DNA from: Diplonema japonicum | Lineage: Eukaryota; Protista; Euglenozoa: Diplonemea | Direction: 5' to 3' | Assembly (NCBI GenBank): GCA_964019335.1 | Contig: OZ025741.1 | Span: 322,391-386,390, forward strand | Length of the DNA stretch: 64,000 nucleotides | Shown here: piece after piece, positions 47,717 through 58,346 of the stretch | Layout: every line of letters starts with the position of its first letter | How positions within the stretch are numbered: the first letter of the stretch is position 1 | The notes under the pieces: generated by a model | What the model was told of the DNA's origin: nothing | Database searches by the model: none | The model's input: only the letters and a program-made list of their open reading frames with translations | Program-made: the position numbers and the translations under genes

Positions 47717-48473
47717 TTTTTTTGTTCCTCTTTTTTTTTCCTCCCCCCCTTTTTTTTTTTTGGTTTTGCACGTAGAAAAAAAAGAAGAAGAAAAAAAAAG
47801 ATGGGGAATGGGACTGGTGCTTTTTTTTTTCTTTTCTTCTTTCCCCCCCCCCTTCGTTTTTTGGTTATTGATTTCAATTTTTTTTTGTTTTTTTCCTCTC
47901 ATCCTTGGTGTCTCCCACCCTCTCACCACTCACTTCTAAACGAAAAAAAAAAGGAAGAACCATAAAGAATAATAATAAAAAAGGGATAGTCAGAGGGAGA
48001 AATATAAAGAAAAAAAGAAAAAGAAAAATGGAGCGGAGGAGGCAGAGGAGGCAACAAAGAAAAGGGGGGGGGGCAAAATAAAAAAGAGACATTTAAGGGT
48101 ACCTGCGGTGTGTGGCAGGACGCCTGATAAAAAAAAAAGGTGTCTTTAAAGGGAATCTGCAGTATAGGACAAGATCGCCTGAAAAAAAGGGGGGTAGATG
48201 GGGCATACCCGTGCAACAGTTCCTCACCCTCCTAAGGGGGGTCTGAAGCTACTCCGCTAAGAGTGGAAAACACGTGCTTTCTTTGTTCTCTCCCCCCCCC
48301 CCCCCCCCCCCCTCCTCTACAAAAAACCACTGAAGGACAAACATTAAAAAAAAAAACTAAAAACCCCACCATATTGTTACCAAATAAAAAAAAAAAAAAA
48401 TCACCTACCACTTAGTGGGAACCAACTGTAGGTTGCCTTAAGGCTTTTTTTTTTTTCTTTAAAAATTCAAAAT

Positions 48474-49448
48474 TCATATTTCCAAATTGATCTGATCCTC
48501 GCCCACTTGCCGGGGCGAGTCCTCAGAGAAAGGGTCCGCCTCGTCACCATCCAACGAGAAGGAATTACCATCCGACAGCTCCGGGGCTGTATCGGACTCC
48601 GTGTCCGAAAATGCGGTAGAAGCCTGCGGGTCAAAGGAGTGAGAGAGACTGAGCGTGGTCTGAGGAATGAGAAGGTCGATGTGGTGGGGCCGCGCGTCCC
48701 AAGTGACACCATCAACAAACACCTCACAACAGTGCTCCGGGGTGTCGGGGGCATTCGTTATGAGCCCTATACACCCCGAGTGAACACGCCTTTGATTGTC
48801 AAACTGAATAAGCGTCTTCACGATCACGAACGTGTTCACCAAGTACACCGGAGAGAAAACATCTTGATCGGACACCACCCATGCCCCCCGGGTCGTTTGT
48901 AAGAAGCACTTCCCCCCCACCACACAACCTCTTACAATGTCCACTGTATCTGTTTCAAGAAGCTTTCCTATAATAGGCCCGTCTAGTGTCATGGATGACC
49001 TTATGTTACATCCTGTTTTTTGTATCACCTTGAGTCTTATGAAGGGGTGTGTTAGTTGTTCTGTGTTGACGATGCCTTCTTCTTCGTTTGCCCTGATTAG
49101 GATTTTTCCGTTGCCGAGGGTGCGGAGAACTGTGACCGGGGTGGAGGGTTGGAGGACTATTTCAGCTTCTGTTTGGGTTTCCATGATGGTTTCTGCAACG
49201 CAGTGCACGACGTCGCCCTTGAGGCAGGGGGGCTCGCTGGTGCGGGTGAGGGTGGGGATGCCTGCAGGGGGTGCCCTGTCCATGACCCCGTGGAGCCCGT
49301 CGCGTACTTTCACTGCAGTCATTTCTTGTTGTTGTTGTTGTTGTTGGTCCGAGGACCTCCCCATGGTTAGCTCCATAACCTTGCTTGTTGCGGACCTCAT
49401 CGCGTCATAGGCCCCGTGGCCTGCTGATTTAAGTTTTTGGTTTATCAT
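48474..49448 (-). CDS. Hypothetical protein with tandem SH3-like beta domains (~324 aa)
   Basis: ATG at 49448 (MINQKL); CNIRSSMTLDGPIIGKL..GAWV resembles SH3b. Confidence 0.6.
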   Translation of the reverse strand: MINQKLKSAGHGAYDAMRSATSKVMELTMGRSSDQQQQQQQEMTAVKVRDGLHGVMDRAPPAGIPTLTRTSEPPCLKGDVVHCVAETIMETQTEAEIVLQPSTPVTVLRTLGNGKILIRANEEEGIVNTEQLTHPFIRLKVIQKTGCNIRSSMTLDGPIIGKLLETDTVDIVRGCVVGGKCFLQTTRGAWVVSDQDVFSPVYLVNTFVIVKTLIQFDNQRRVHSGCIGLITNAPDTPEHCCEVFVDGVTWDARPHHIDLLIPQTTLSLSHSFDPQASTAFSDTESDTAPELSDGNSFSLDGDEADPFSEDSPRQVGEDQINLEI

Positions 49449-49512
49449 TTTTTTTTTTTTTTTTTTTTTTTTTTGGAGCTCCCCTCCCCCCGTCTCCTCT
49501 TTCAAAATTATA

Positions 49513-50794
49513 CTGTAAACAAAAATCACCGGAAGATAAAATGTCCGGAAGATAAAATGTCCGGAAGCTCTGGCGGTCCGGATATTTTTTCTTCCGGGCA
49601 TTTTTTTCCTGGGACCCCCCTTTTATTAAAGGGCTGGACCCGAAAACAGATGAAACTAGTTTCTATAGCAACAAAAATCAGAGAATTGAATTACGGACTT
49701 TTCCAAGAACTAAAAGACACCTCAGATCCTGATTGTTTGCTTCTACCACAAGCTTGTTGAACCAAACCACTTCTTGTGCTTGCTTTAGGGTTGTTCTTAT
49801 TTTTTGCGGGTTTGCGTCATGGAGCCAATGTCCAGTATATCGCACCCTTCAATGGCTGCGTCCCAGCAGGTTGGAGAGTACTTTTCCCGACAATAGAACT
49901 AAGGGGGCGAGGAAAGGGCAGCATCTTACCTGTCCGCACGTCTGGCCGTCTTGTTTGCTGCCTTCGCAGTCTTGGCAGTGCGCCTGGCCTCGGCCTTAAT
50001 GGCACAAATAGGTGAGGTCTGGGGGACAAACGCTAAGTGAACGTTTGTCTCTGAAGACAAGTTCACAAAAGCCTGCATAGTGCGGACATTGTAGTCATCA
50101 ATGATGAGTAGGATGGGCTCGGTGGGTGCTCAGCCGATGACTCGATGAGGTTGTAGCAAAGGGGAGAAACAAATCTTTTACCCAGAGCCGAAGCGTTTCC
50201 TGGGTGGCCCAGTGAGATTTCGAAGCTGTTAAACTCCAGCCTTTTGGGGGGTGTGCAACACGAGGGACGGACCCGAGGTATTTCCTGCGAGCTGGTTCTG
50301 TTTTTCCCGTGTAAATTAACTGCGGGTGCAGTTTGCCACCAGTCAGGGAAACGCAAAACTGTCCGGTGACGGCGCGCTTGTCCCAAATCCCTAACCTTGA
50401 CAACCTTGGGACCCCTTTTCGTCTTCTTCCCAGCGGCAGCAGCTGGTCCATGTTCCAGGTCAACCGGCCTGATCTTTGTGAACCTCCTCGCTGCTTGGGT
50501 GTCTTTGGGGCTGAAGAGGTCAGCACCTGGAGGGGTCGCGAGATATGTCCTTCCCCTTTTTAGAGCATGCAGCTTTCGTCTGTTAATTTGAATTTTATTT
50601 TTGCCGTTCTTAAGACTCTTGCAACAGAAATATAAGTTTTCCAGACAGAGGGGGCAGTGCGTAGGGCAGGCTAGGTACCCCCTTAGAAAAGTGCCCAAAA
50701 GAATGTCCGGAAGATAAAATGTCCGGAAGAAAAAAATCACCGGATGTTTCGGCGGTCCGGATATTTTATCTTCCGGTGGATTTTTGTTTTACAG
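49513..50794 (-). mobile_element. pogo/Tigger-like (Tc1/mariner superfamily) transposon with decayed DDE transposase
   Basis: TA|CTGTAAA(A)CAAAAATC(C)ACCGGAAGATAAAAT TIRs|TA; sub-terminal CCGGAAGATAAAAT repeats; fragments DKRAVT..SLTGGKLHPQLIYTGKT..SHWATQET and ILLIIDDY..LAFVP. Confidence 0.88.
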
Positions 50795-51275
50795 TATTTT
50801 TTTTTAAAAGCTTGCGGTATGGTGGTCGGGGGAGGGGGGGGGGGGAGGTTTATAAAAATCCGGAAAGAAAAGAGAAAAAAAGGAGTGGGGGGGGGGGGGT
50901 AGAAAGGAAAAAAAAGAGAGTGAAAAAAAACTATTCTTGACGTTATTTTTATTTTTTTTTTTTTTTGTGCGCACTTACAGAAAGGAGGGTAAGATTGGTT
51001 TGAAAAAAAAAAGTCGGTATTTTAGCATTTTTTTTTTCCGTTCACACGGTATCAATCCTGAGATAGGTGCTGCAGACGGCTAACATACTACCATTCTTTT
51101 TCTTTTTTGCCCTCAAAAGAAACAGAGCGGTACTTTTAAAGGGGGGCCAACCTTAGAGGGGGGAGGTTATGTAAACTGTGCAGTCAACGAATAGGCTTTC
51201 CTTCTTCTCTCTCTCTTTTTTTTTTTTTCTCTTCCATTTCCCTCTTTGGCACTGACAAATCAGATTTGGTATCAC

Positions 51276-51310
<35 letters not shown>

Positions 51311-51894
51311 GTTGCATTCCGTCATTTGACAACTATGTCTAGAGTGTGGGGTGTCCAGTCCAGGGCAGTTTTTTGTTTTCTCTTTTTTTTTTCTTCTGAC
51401 TTTGGGTTGCTTTTCCTGCATAACGACCCTGTTCTTCTATTTTTTATTTTATTTTATTTTTTTTAAAGTATCTACAGTCAGGAGCATATGGAATAAAGGT
51501 ATTCATGAATTTCTCTTTGAGGGGAGTTTTTTAATTTCTTCCCCCCCCCCCATTCTCTCTGTTTTTCTTTTATTTATCTTTTATTTAAACTTCTTTTAAC
51601 TTCCTTTCTTTTTTTTTGTTTTTTTTTTTTATAAAGAAAAAAATAAAAAAAGGTAGGAAAGTACAAATTCAAGGAATAACATTAAAAAAGTGGGGAGGGA
51701 AAGGGGTGCGTTCCCCCTGCTTCAATTTTTTTTTCACTTTTTTTTTCTCTTATAAAATACAGTGGAATAAAAAAAAAGGGGGGGAGAAAAAAAATAATAA
51801 TGATGAGCTTAACCCAGCCATTCATAAAAACCCCCCTCCCCCCCAACCCCAATATAGTAATTTTTTTTTCTTTTTCTTTTCCCCACGAAAAAAG

Positions 51895-51925
<31 letters not shown>

Positions 51926-52120
51926 CAATATGGGCATTTCTACAGTAAATGACTCAACTGCACCCCGGGATATAAAAAAACTTTTTGAGTTTTTTTTTAG
52001 GGGGGGGAGGATATCCGGGAACCCCCTTTTTTTTTCCCCCCTTGAAAAAAAAAAAAAGAAAAAAATACACGTTGCCCCATAAAAAGGAAGGAAGAAGGAA
52101 AAAGGGGAAGGAAGAAAAGG

Positions 52121-52154
<34 letters not shown>

Positions 52155-52155
<1 letters not shown>

Positions 52156-53236
52156 CAATCAGTCACGAACTGCTGCAACAAATAAGCCCCGGCCAGGGAA
52201 ACCGTGGTGATAACGGTGGCCTGCACTCGAGATGTGTCCTGCGCCGCTTCATCAAGAAGCTCAAAGAACGCCACCCACAACATAGCACCAGAGGCGAACC
52301 CGAGCCCAACAGGAAGCAAGGGCATGAACGTCTCAACAAACAAAAACGCAGGAACCGCCATCAAAGGCTGAGGGAGGCTAGTTAAAATACACCACAAAAA
52401 AGTGTTCAACTTGTTAACCCCACGCGGCACAAGCACCAGCGCAACAGCAAGCCCCTCCGGAATGTTGTGAATCGTCAGACAGATTGCAATACAAAACCCA
52501 ACCGATGCACCCCTGTCACCACCAAACGCCACCCCTATACCGACACCTTCAGTGAACGAGTGCAATGTCATCACCATGATGATAAGAAGGACTTTTTTCG
52601 TGTCCAAAAGGCTCAAATCCGCGAAATGAACATCATCGTGTCTATCAAGAACTTTCTTCGTCTGGATGATAAACACGAACCCCAGCAGCATCCCGAATGC
52701 ACAACGCAGCCAAGGATCCCCCAAAAAACCCCAACCTTGCAACACCTCCGTGTCCGTGGCTTCAAGAAAAAGCTGCGCAGAGGCAGAAGACATCATTCCA
52801 GCTGCAATCGCATTTGCTCTCCCAAGGTACAACGGCGTTACACGGGAAACACATAAAAAAGGAAGAACACCAAGCCCGGTAGCCATATCGGTGATCCAGG
52901 CATAATAGAACACCTTGTGGACTGTGGGTCTACCAGAATTCATTGATGAAGGCATCATCAATATTGTGATAGCGATTATGGTGCATATGACAATGGGTGC
53001 TTTGTAGCTGCTTTTCCACCTCCAAGCTTTGACCTCGTCTTGCGGGGTCTCGGGGTCGCTGCTGTAGTTTCTCGGGCTGGACCGGTTTCGTATCCCTTCA
53101 GACGGTTGTTGAAGAGGTGGGAGGACCTCAACTTGAAGGGTTTGTTCCTGCGGTTCTGTGTCCGATGAGACTGCGTCGGTATGGTCTTTTTCGTTTTTTT
53201 CTTCACCTTTGAACTTAAAAAATATCGCCTGGGGTG

Positions 53237-53278
<42 letters not shown>

Positions 53279-53727
53279 TATACCACTGCAATCAATTGTA
53301 CCGCTGCAAGGGTTACCGCAGATGGGCGGGTTGATGATTGTTTTTTGTTGGGTTTTTCGGTGGTCGTTTCTGGTGGTGCTTTTGTTGTTGGTGCTGGGCT
53401 TTTCGTGTCGTCGTCGTTGTTGTTGTTGTTGCTGGTCTCGTCGCTGTCGGTGATTTCTCGAAGTATTTGAACGGAGTGCTTGAGCCCGTTTTCTTGGCGT
53501 GACGTTAGGTCCTCTCCCCCACCACCACCACCACCTCGTAAATGGAGGTCGTTTGAAAAACTGGGGAGCTGGACGGCCACTGCCCCAACTGCTATCAGGA
53601 CACCCAGCATGACTGATTTCCTTACCATTTCGCCCCTTTCTACCGTGGTCGCCTTGCAGATACCAGGATAGGTCTCGAATAGATCCTTGTGCTTTTTTGT
53701 GAGATGTGTGAAGATCAGTTTATTCAT
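52155..53727 (-). CDS. ZIP family (ZupT/ZIP11-like) metal transporter with N-terminal extension; intron 53283-53229; start at 53727 or 53628
   Basis: MTLHSFTEGVGIGVAF, IHNIPEGLAV, SLPQP and GFASGAM motifs. Confidence 0.9.
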
Positions 53728-53799
53728 ACATTTTTTTCCCTTTTTATTTCCTTTCTCTTTTTTTTATTATTTTTTTATTTTTATTTTTATTTTATATAT

Positions 53800-54284
53800 G
53801 AGCTCGTCCGGACGAAAATGTCAAACACCTTTTTTGGGCACCTCCGAAAATGTCTTTGTTTTCATTATTTGAGCAAAAAAAAGGGGGGGGGGGGGCAGCA
53901 TGCAACCATAGGAAGATGACATATATGGTTCAATTGCGATGCTTGTTTTGCTATGAGGGTGGCAGGCTTTGCAACCGGCTGCCCCCGGCGAAAAATGTTT
54001 AAACTGCAATTTTATTTTCTTAAAATGCAGCATCTAGGGTGCATAAAATGTACCCAGGGGTCACTGTTAAAAGCACTAAGCGAAAATATATGGTGCCGCA
54101 CAGCCCCCGAAAATCCGGTTTTTTAAACCCCATTTTTCAGTGCTTTTTTTGACCCAAAATAGGGGGTGTTTTTACAGGTTTCTCTGGTAAAGTGGTGTCG
54201 GGCTACTTTTTTACTCAGAAATTTAACGGGGGTTTTCTGCCGAATAGGAGGGTCATTTGTTGACATTCTTTTCCGGACGAGCTC
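53800..54284. mobile_element. Internally deleted (485 bp) inverted copy of the 25514-26523 element
   Basis: ATAT|GAGCTCGTCCGGACGAAAATGTCAA ... TTCCGGACGAGCTC|ATAC. Confidence 0.82.
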
Positions 54285-55279
54285 ATACATAAGGCGTTGG
54301 GAAGGGGGAAAAAAAAGGGGGGGGGGAAGGGAAAAAAAAAACCAACAAAAAAAAAATTAAAATCAATCAGTTTTTCTTTTTACTATTATTATTTTTTTTT
54401 TTTTCGTTGATGAAAAAACAAAGAATGTCTTTTTTTTTTCTTTTTTTTTTTTTTTTTTGTTCTTCTTTGTTTTTTTTTTTTCTTTTTTTTTTTTCTTCTT
54501 TTTTTTTTTTTTTTCTTCTCTTTTTTTTTTTTTTTTTTTTTTTTCATAGCATGCACGGTATATCAATTTCACAACGTTATTTTGCTAGGGGTGGGGGAAC
54601 GCTGGGCGCGTGCCCAGGCCAATTTTTTTTTTTCGACCTTAACTTTAAATACCAAGTATTGGATTACAATTTCCCAATTTTTTTTTTTTGAAACACAATA
54701 ATTTAAAAAAAAACATGGTATCGGAATAACGCGTATGCTATATTTTTTCCCCCCCTTTTTTTTCTCCTCGTTTTATTATTATCCCCTAAACGCCCGCGCG
54801 GACGTTTTTGTCCTTATTTTAAAATTTGCTTTTTTCGCTAAGTACTTTTTTTTGAACACGGCCCCTGGACTTCAAAATATGGCATTGTTGCGCGGTTTAT
54901 TTTGTCTTGAAACTACATTTTGCGTTAAAACTTTTGTTTTAATTGAAACCGGCAGGGTTGGCTTAAAATGAAATCAGATGGTCAAAATAGCAGCGAAAAC
55001 GTGAGTCTCCCCCGACTGGTCAGATAAAGAAGAAAAAGACGATGAGGCGGTCAAAGAGGGGCCGGAAACGATGCTTGGGTGGGAGAAATACTCCCAAAGG
55101 CCTGAAACATATCATTTCCGTGAAAAGGTGGGCTTAGGACACCTCTAGGTGAAGCGGCCAATGAGGAGGGTGTTTTTAATCTTTTTTTTTTACACACGCG
55201 GTACTTGAGCTCATAGTTTCTTCCACGAACGGTCGTTTCGGTTCAAAAAAAACAGCGGAATCTGAATCTTTCCATCCCA

Positions 55280-56250
55280 GAGTACAAAATTTGGCTTGGG
55301 TTGGTCCTGTTAATGGGTTTACGCCCGGCACCGAATATGAAAAGCTACTGGACAACAGATTCTATTTTAGCCATCCCGGCTTTTGAGAAAATGAGCAAAC
55401 CGATTCGTTGACATACAGCGCTACCTCACCTTTGACAACCTGGAAAACATCAGTAAGGCCTGAAACTGCACCTCATGCGCAGGTTTCTTGACATCATTGT
55501 CAACCGGTGTAAGACTGTGCGGACCCGGTTGTCTGTTGACGACAGTGTTATCCCGACAACAATAAAAGTCATGGCACCACGAAAAAACAACTCGGTGGGC
55601 ATCAAGGTAATCGCTACATGCGACTCATAAAACGGTTACCTGGCGAATTTCAACATTTTCGGCAAGAAGTCCACAACACAGGACCTAGTCATGCGTACTG
55701 TCGACTCCTATGGGTTTGCTGTCGACCCCTGACCGGCAAGACCAGCTCCAGGGGACTGGAGTTCGGCATATGAAAACCCGGAAGGAGTCGTTATTAATTG
55801 GGTTCTGGAAAGCTGTGTTGCCAACTCCTCCATCATCTGGAAGAAGAGCAGGGAATGTGGCAAAAATTATGGCTTCCCGAGCTTCAAAGAAGAACTTGTT
55901 GGCAAGCTTCTCACCCATGCCCCAAAAACCGATAGCACACACCCCCGACAACACCGTCACCGACCCCCAAGCGCAAACACGCTAGCAATGAGGATTCCCT
56001 CACTCAGAAATACCCAAAACGTCTCGATTTGACCCTAAATCACACCTCCGAGACCATGATGAACGGAACGAAGGTGAGGAGGGTGCTCTGTGCTGTTCCT
56101 GGGTGCGGGAAGAAGGTGCAAACGTGGTGCCCCTGTTGCAAAACCCCCTTATGCAAAACGTGTTTTTTACCCTTGCATGCTACCCCAGCTGGAAAAAAAA
56201 CTTACAAGTTGCTTTTTTCATCCCACAGCCCCAAAAAGTCTCCAGACTGA
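55280..56250 (+). pseudogene. Decayed piggyBac-like transposase, second family; element ends not resolved
   Basis: LVLLMG..SYWTTD, VDDSVIP..GIKVIATCDS*NGY and C-terminal CAVPGCGKKVQTWCPCCKTPLCKTCF..H. Confidence 0.75.
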
Positions 56251-56685
56251 CCTCAATCCTAGAGTTCAGGGCACCAAATAGGGCTGAATGCTGCCCTTTT
56301 TAGCCCAGCCATAACTCCACGGACCCCCCAAAATCGGACATAAAAAGTACACCCTCAACCCCCCTCTTACACACATAGTTAAGTGTTCTCATCTGAATCT
56401 GGCACCTGGAATTGAAAATTTTAGTACCGTTTACCCTTTCCTTGCACCTTCCTATGGTTGCATGCTGCCCTTTTTTTGAGTATTTAAAGCAACAACGAAA
56501 ATGGGGGGGTACCGTAGATAGGCTCCGGGCGTTTAGGGGTTATTATTATTATTTTTTTTTTTTCTTCCGGCCTGAAAAAAAAAAAACAAAAACAAAAACA
56601 AAAACAAAAACAAAAAACATCGATCAAAAAAAAAGGGGGAGGGGGGAATCTTTTTTTTTTTTTTTTTTTTTCCTTCTCATCCCCC

Positions 56686-57640
56686 CTATGCATCACAAAG
56701 CTTTGAAGGGTCCAACTCAGTCCGGGCATGCGATGCACGAAGAGTGGAATCCTATTTTTTTTTTTTTTTTTTTTTTTTTTTCTAAACCCACACTTACCTG
56801 CCAAGAAGTCCGGTCCCATATCTTGATAGCCTCGGCAGCCGCTGCAGGCGATGAAAACAGCACGAAAGCAAACACCCGGTTCGCCGTCTTATTGTTGAAG
56901 TTCACCGCCTTCACAGACCCCTTCAACACATCAGGCAACGAAGACTCAACATATTTAGAAAGCGCCTCAGAAGTCGTACTAGAAGCCAACCCAGTCAAAT
57001 ACACAGTGGCGGTCTGAGCAGGCAAGGGGAGGTATAAAGGTATCTTTGGAGCAACAACGTCAAGCGTTGTGTTAAGCTCAGAGTTTGCATAGTCTGCGTG
57101 AAGGGTGGCTTCCACACCCCCATGTGCCCAAGTATACCCGTTCAGCCGGTCTAGGGCTGCGCGTGCTAAAGAATGTTCAATGAAGCCTACAAAGGCGAAG
57201 GGAGTTTTGTCAGATGAAGTGAAGTTTACCCCGGTTGTCTGGCCTGAAAAATTCTTTCGGATGAACGACTCAAACAGATCTTTTCCTATAGTTTTGGGTA
57301 TTTGGGTTACGTAAACCGTCTTCGGGGTTCTCGTTTCGCTTCTTTCTTCGCCGCTTCCAAACCATTCAGGTGTGTTACGCTTTGACAGCTCCACCTTAAT
57401 ATACAGGCCTGTAGCAGGTTCAGCTCCTGGGGGGTTGAAGTTGAAGCCGTCGAGTGCAAGCTGTGCGGACTCTGCTGTTTCTACATTGTCAAACATGACA
57501 AAGCCTATGGGTTTCTTGCTCTTGTCTTTCCGAACCAATATGCTCCGTCCGTACCCTGGTTCCCTGCTGAACAGAAGGTACAGCTCGCGCTCGGTGGTGT
57601 TCACAGGGAGGTTCGCCACGAACAAGGTTCGAATATCACT

Positions 57641-57643
<3 letters not shown>
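56686..57643 (-). CDS. Three-RRM RNA-binding protein; RRM1 is RBPMS/couch potato-like; intron 56797-56752
   Basis: IRTLFVANLP..ERELYLLF, PIGFVMFD, FAFVGF, FAFVLF; the last exon DSTLRASHARTEL completes RRM3. Confidence 0.85.
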
Positions 57644-57674
<31 letters not shown>

Positions 57675-58195
57675 CCCCTCCCTCTCCTCCCTCCCTCCCC
57701 CTCCTCCCTCTCGCTCCTTTTTTTTTTTTTTTTTTTTCCCCACGAGAAAAAAAAAAATGAAAAGAGGGAAGAGAAAGTGGGGTTGGTGGTGAAGAAAAAA
57801 AAACTTTTTTTTGCTTGGTTTTTTTTTTCTTTTTCTTTTTTTTCTCATTTTTTTTGGGTGGGGTAGCAATTGGCATTTGGGGGGGGGGGGGGATCTGAGC
57901 AAGAAACAAGAAAATAATATAGGGGGGATTATTTTGGCGGGTTTTTTTATTTTTTCTTCGCTTTTTGTTTTTTTTTGTGGGTGGGGTAAGATTGGCAAAT
58001 GAAAAAAAAGAAGAAAATAATAGAAAGAAAAGTGTAATAAAAAATTTTGAACTGCATGCGATACTAGTTACTTTCTTCCCACTTTTTTCTTTTTTGACAC
58101 CCAAGCCACCAGCGGGCAAGTTTTTTTTTTTTTTTTTCTTCTTTTGCAATTCTCTCGATTCTCTTTGTTGGGTAAAACAAATAAAAAAAATAATA

Positions 58196-58248
<53 letters not shown>

Positions 58249-58302
58249 GGGTGGTGGGTGCCACCACGAGCCTCTGTATGGCAAGTCAAAAATACGTCTT
58301 TG

Positions 58303-58346
<44 letters not shown>

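Noticed and set aside
46224-47939. 571-aa plus-strand ORF
   Set aside because: It is antisense to the NPF/PDZ exon and has no recognisable domain of its own
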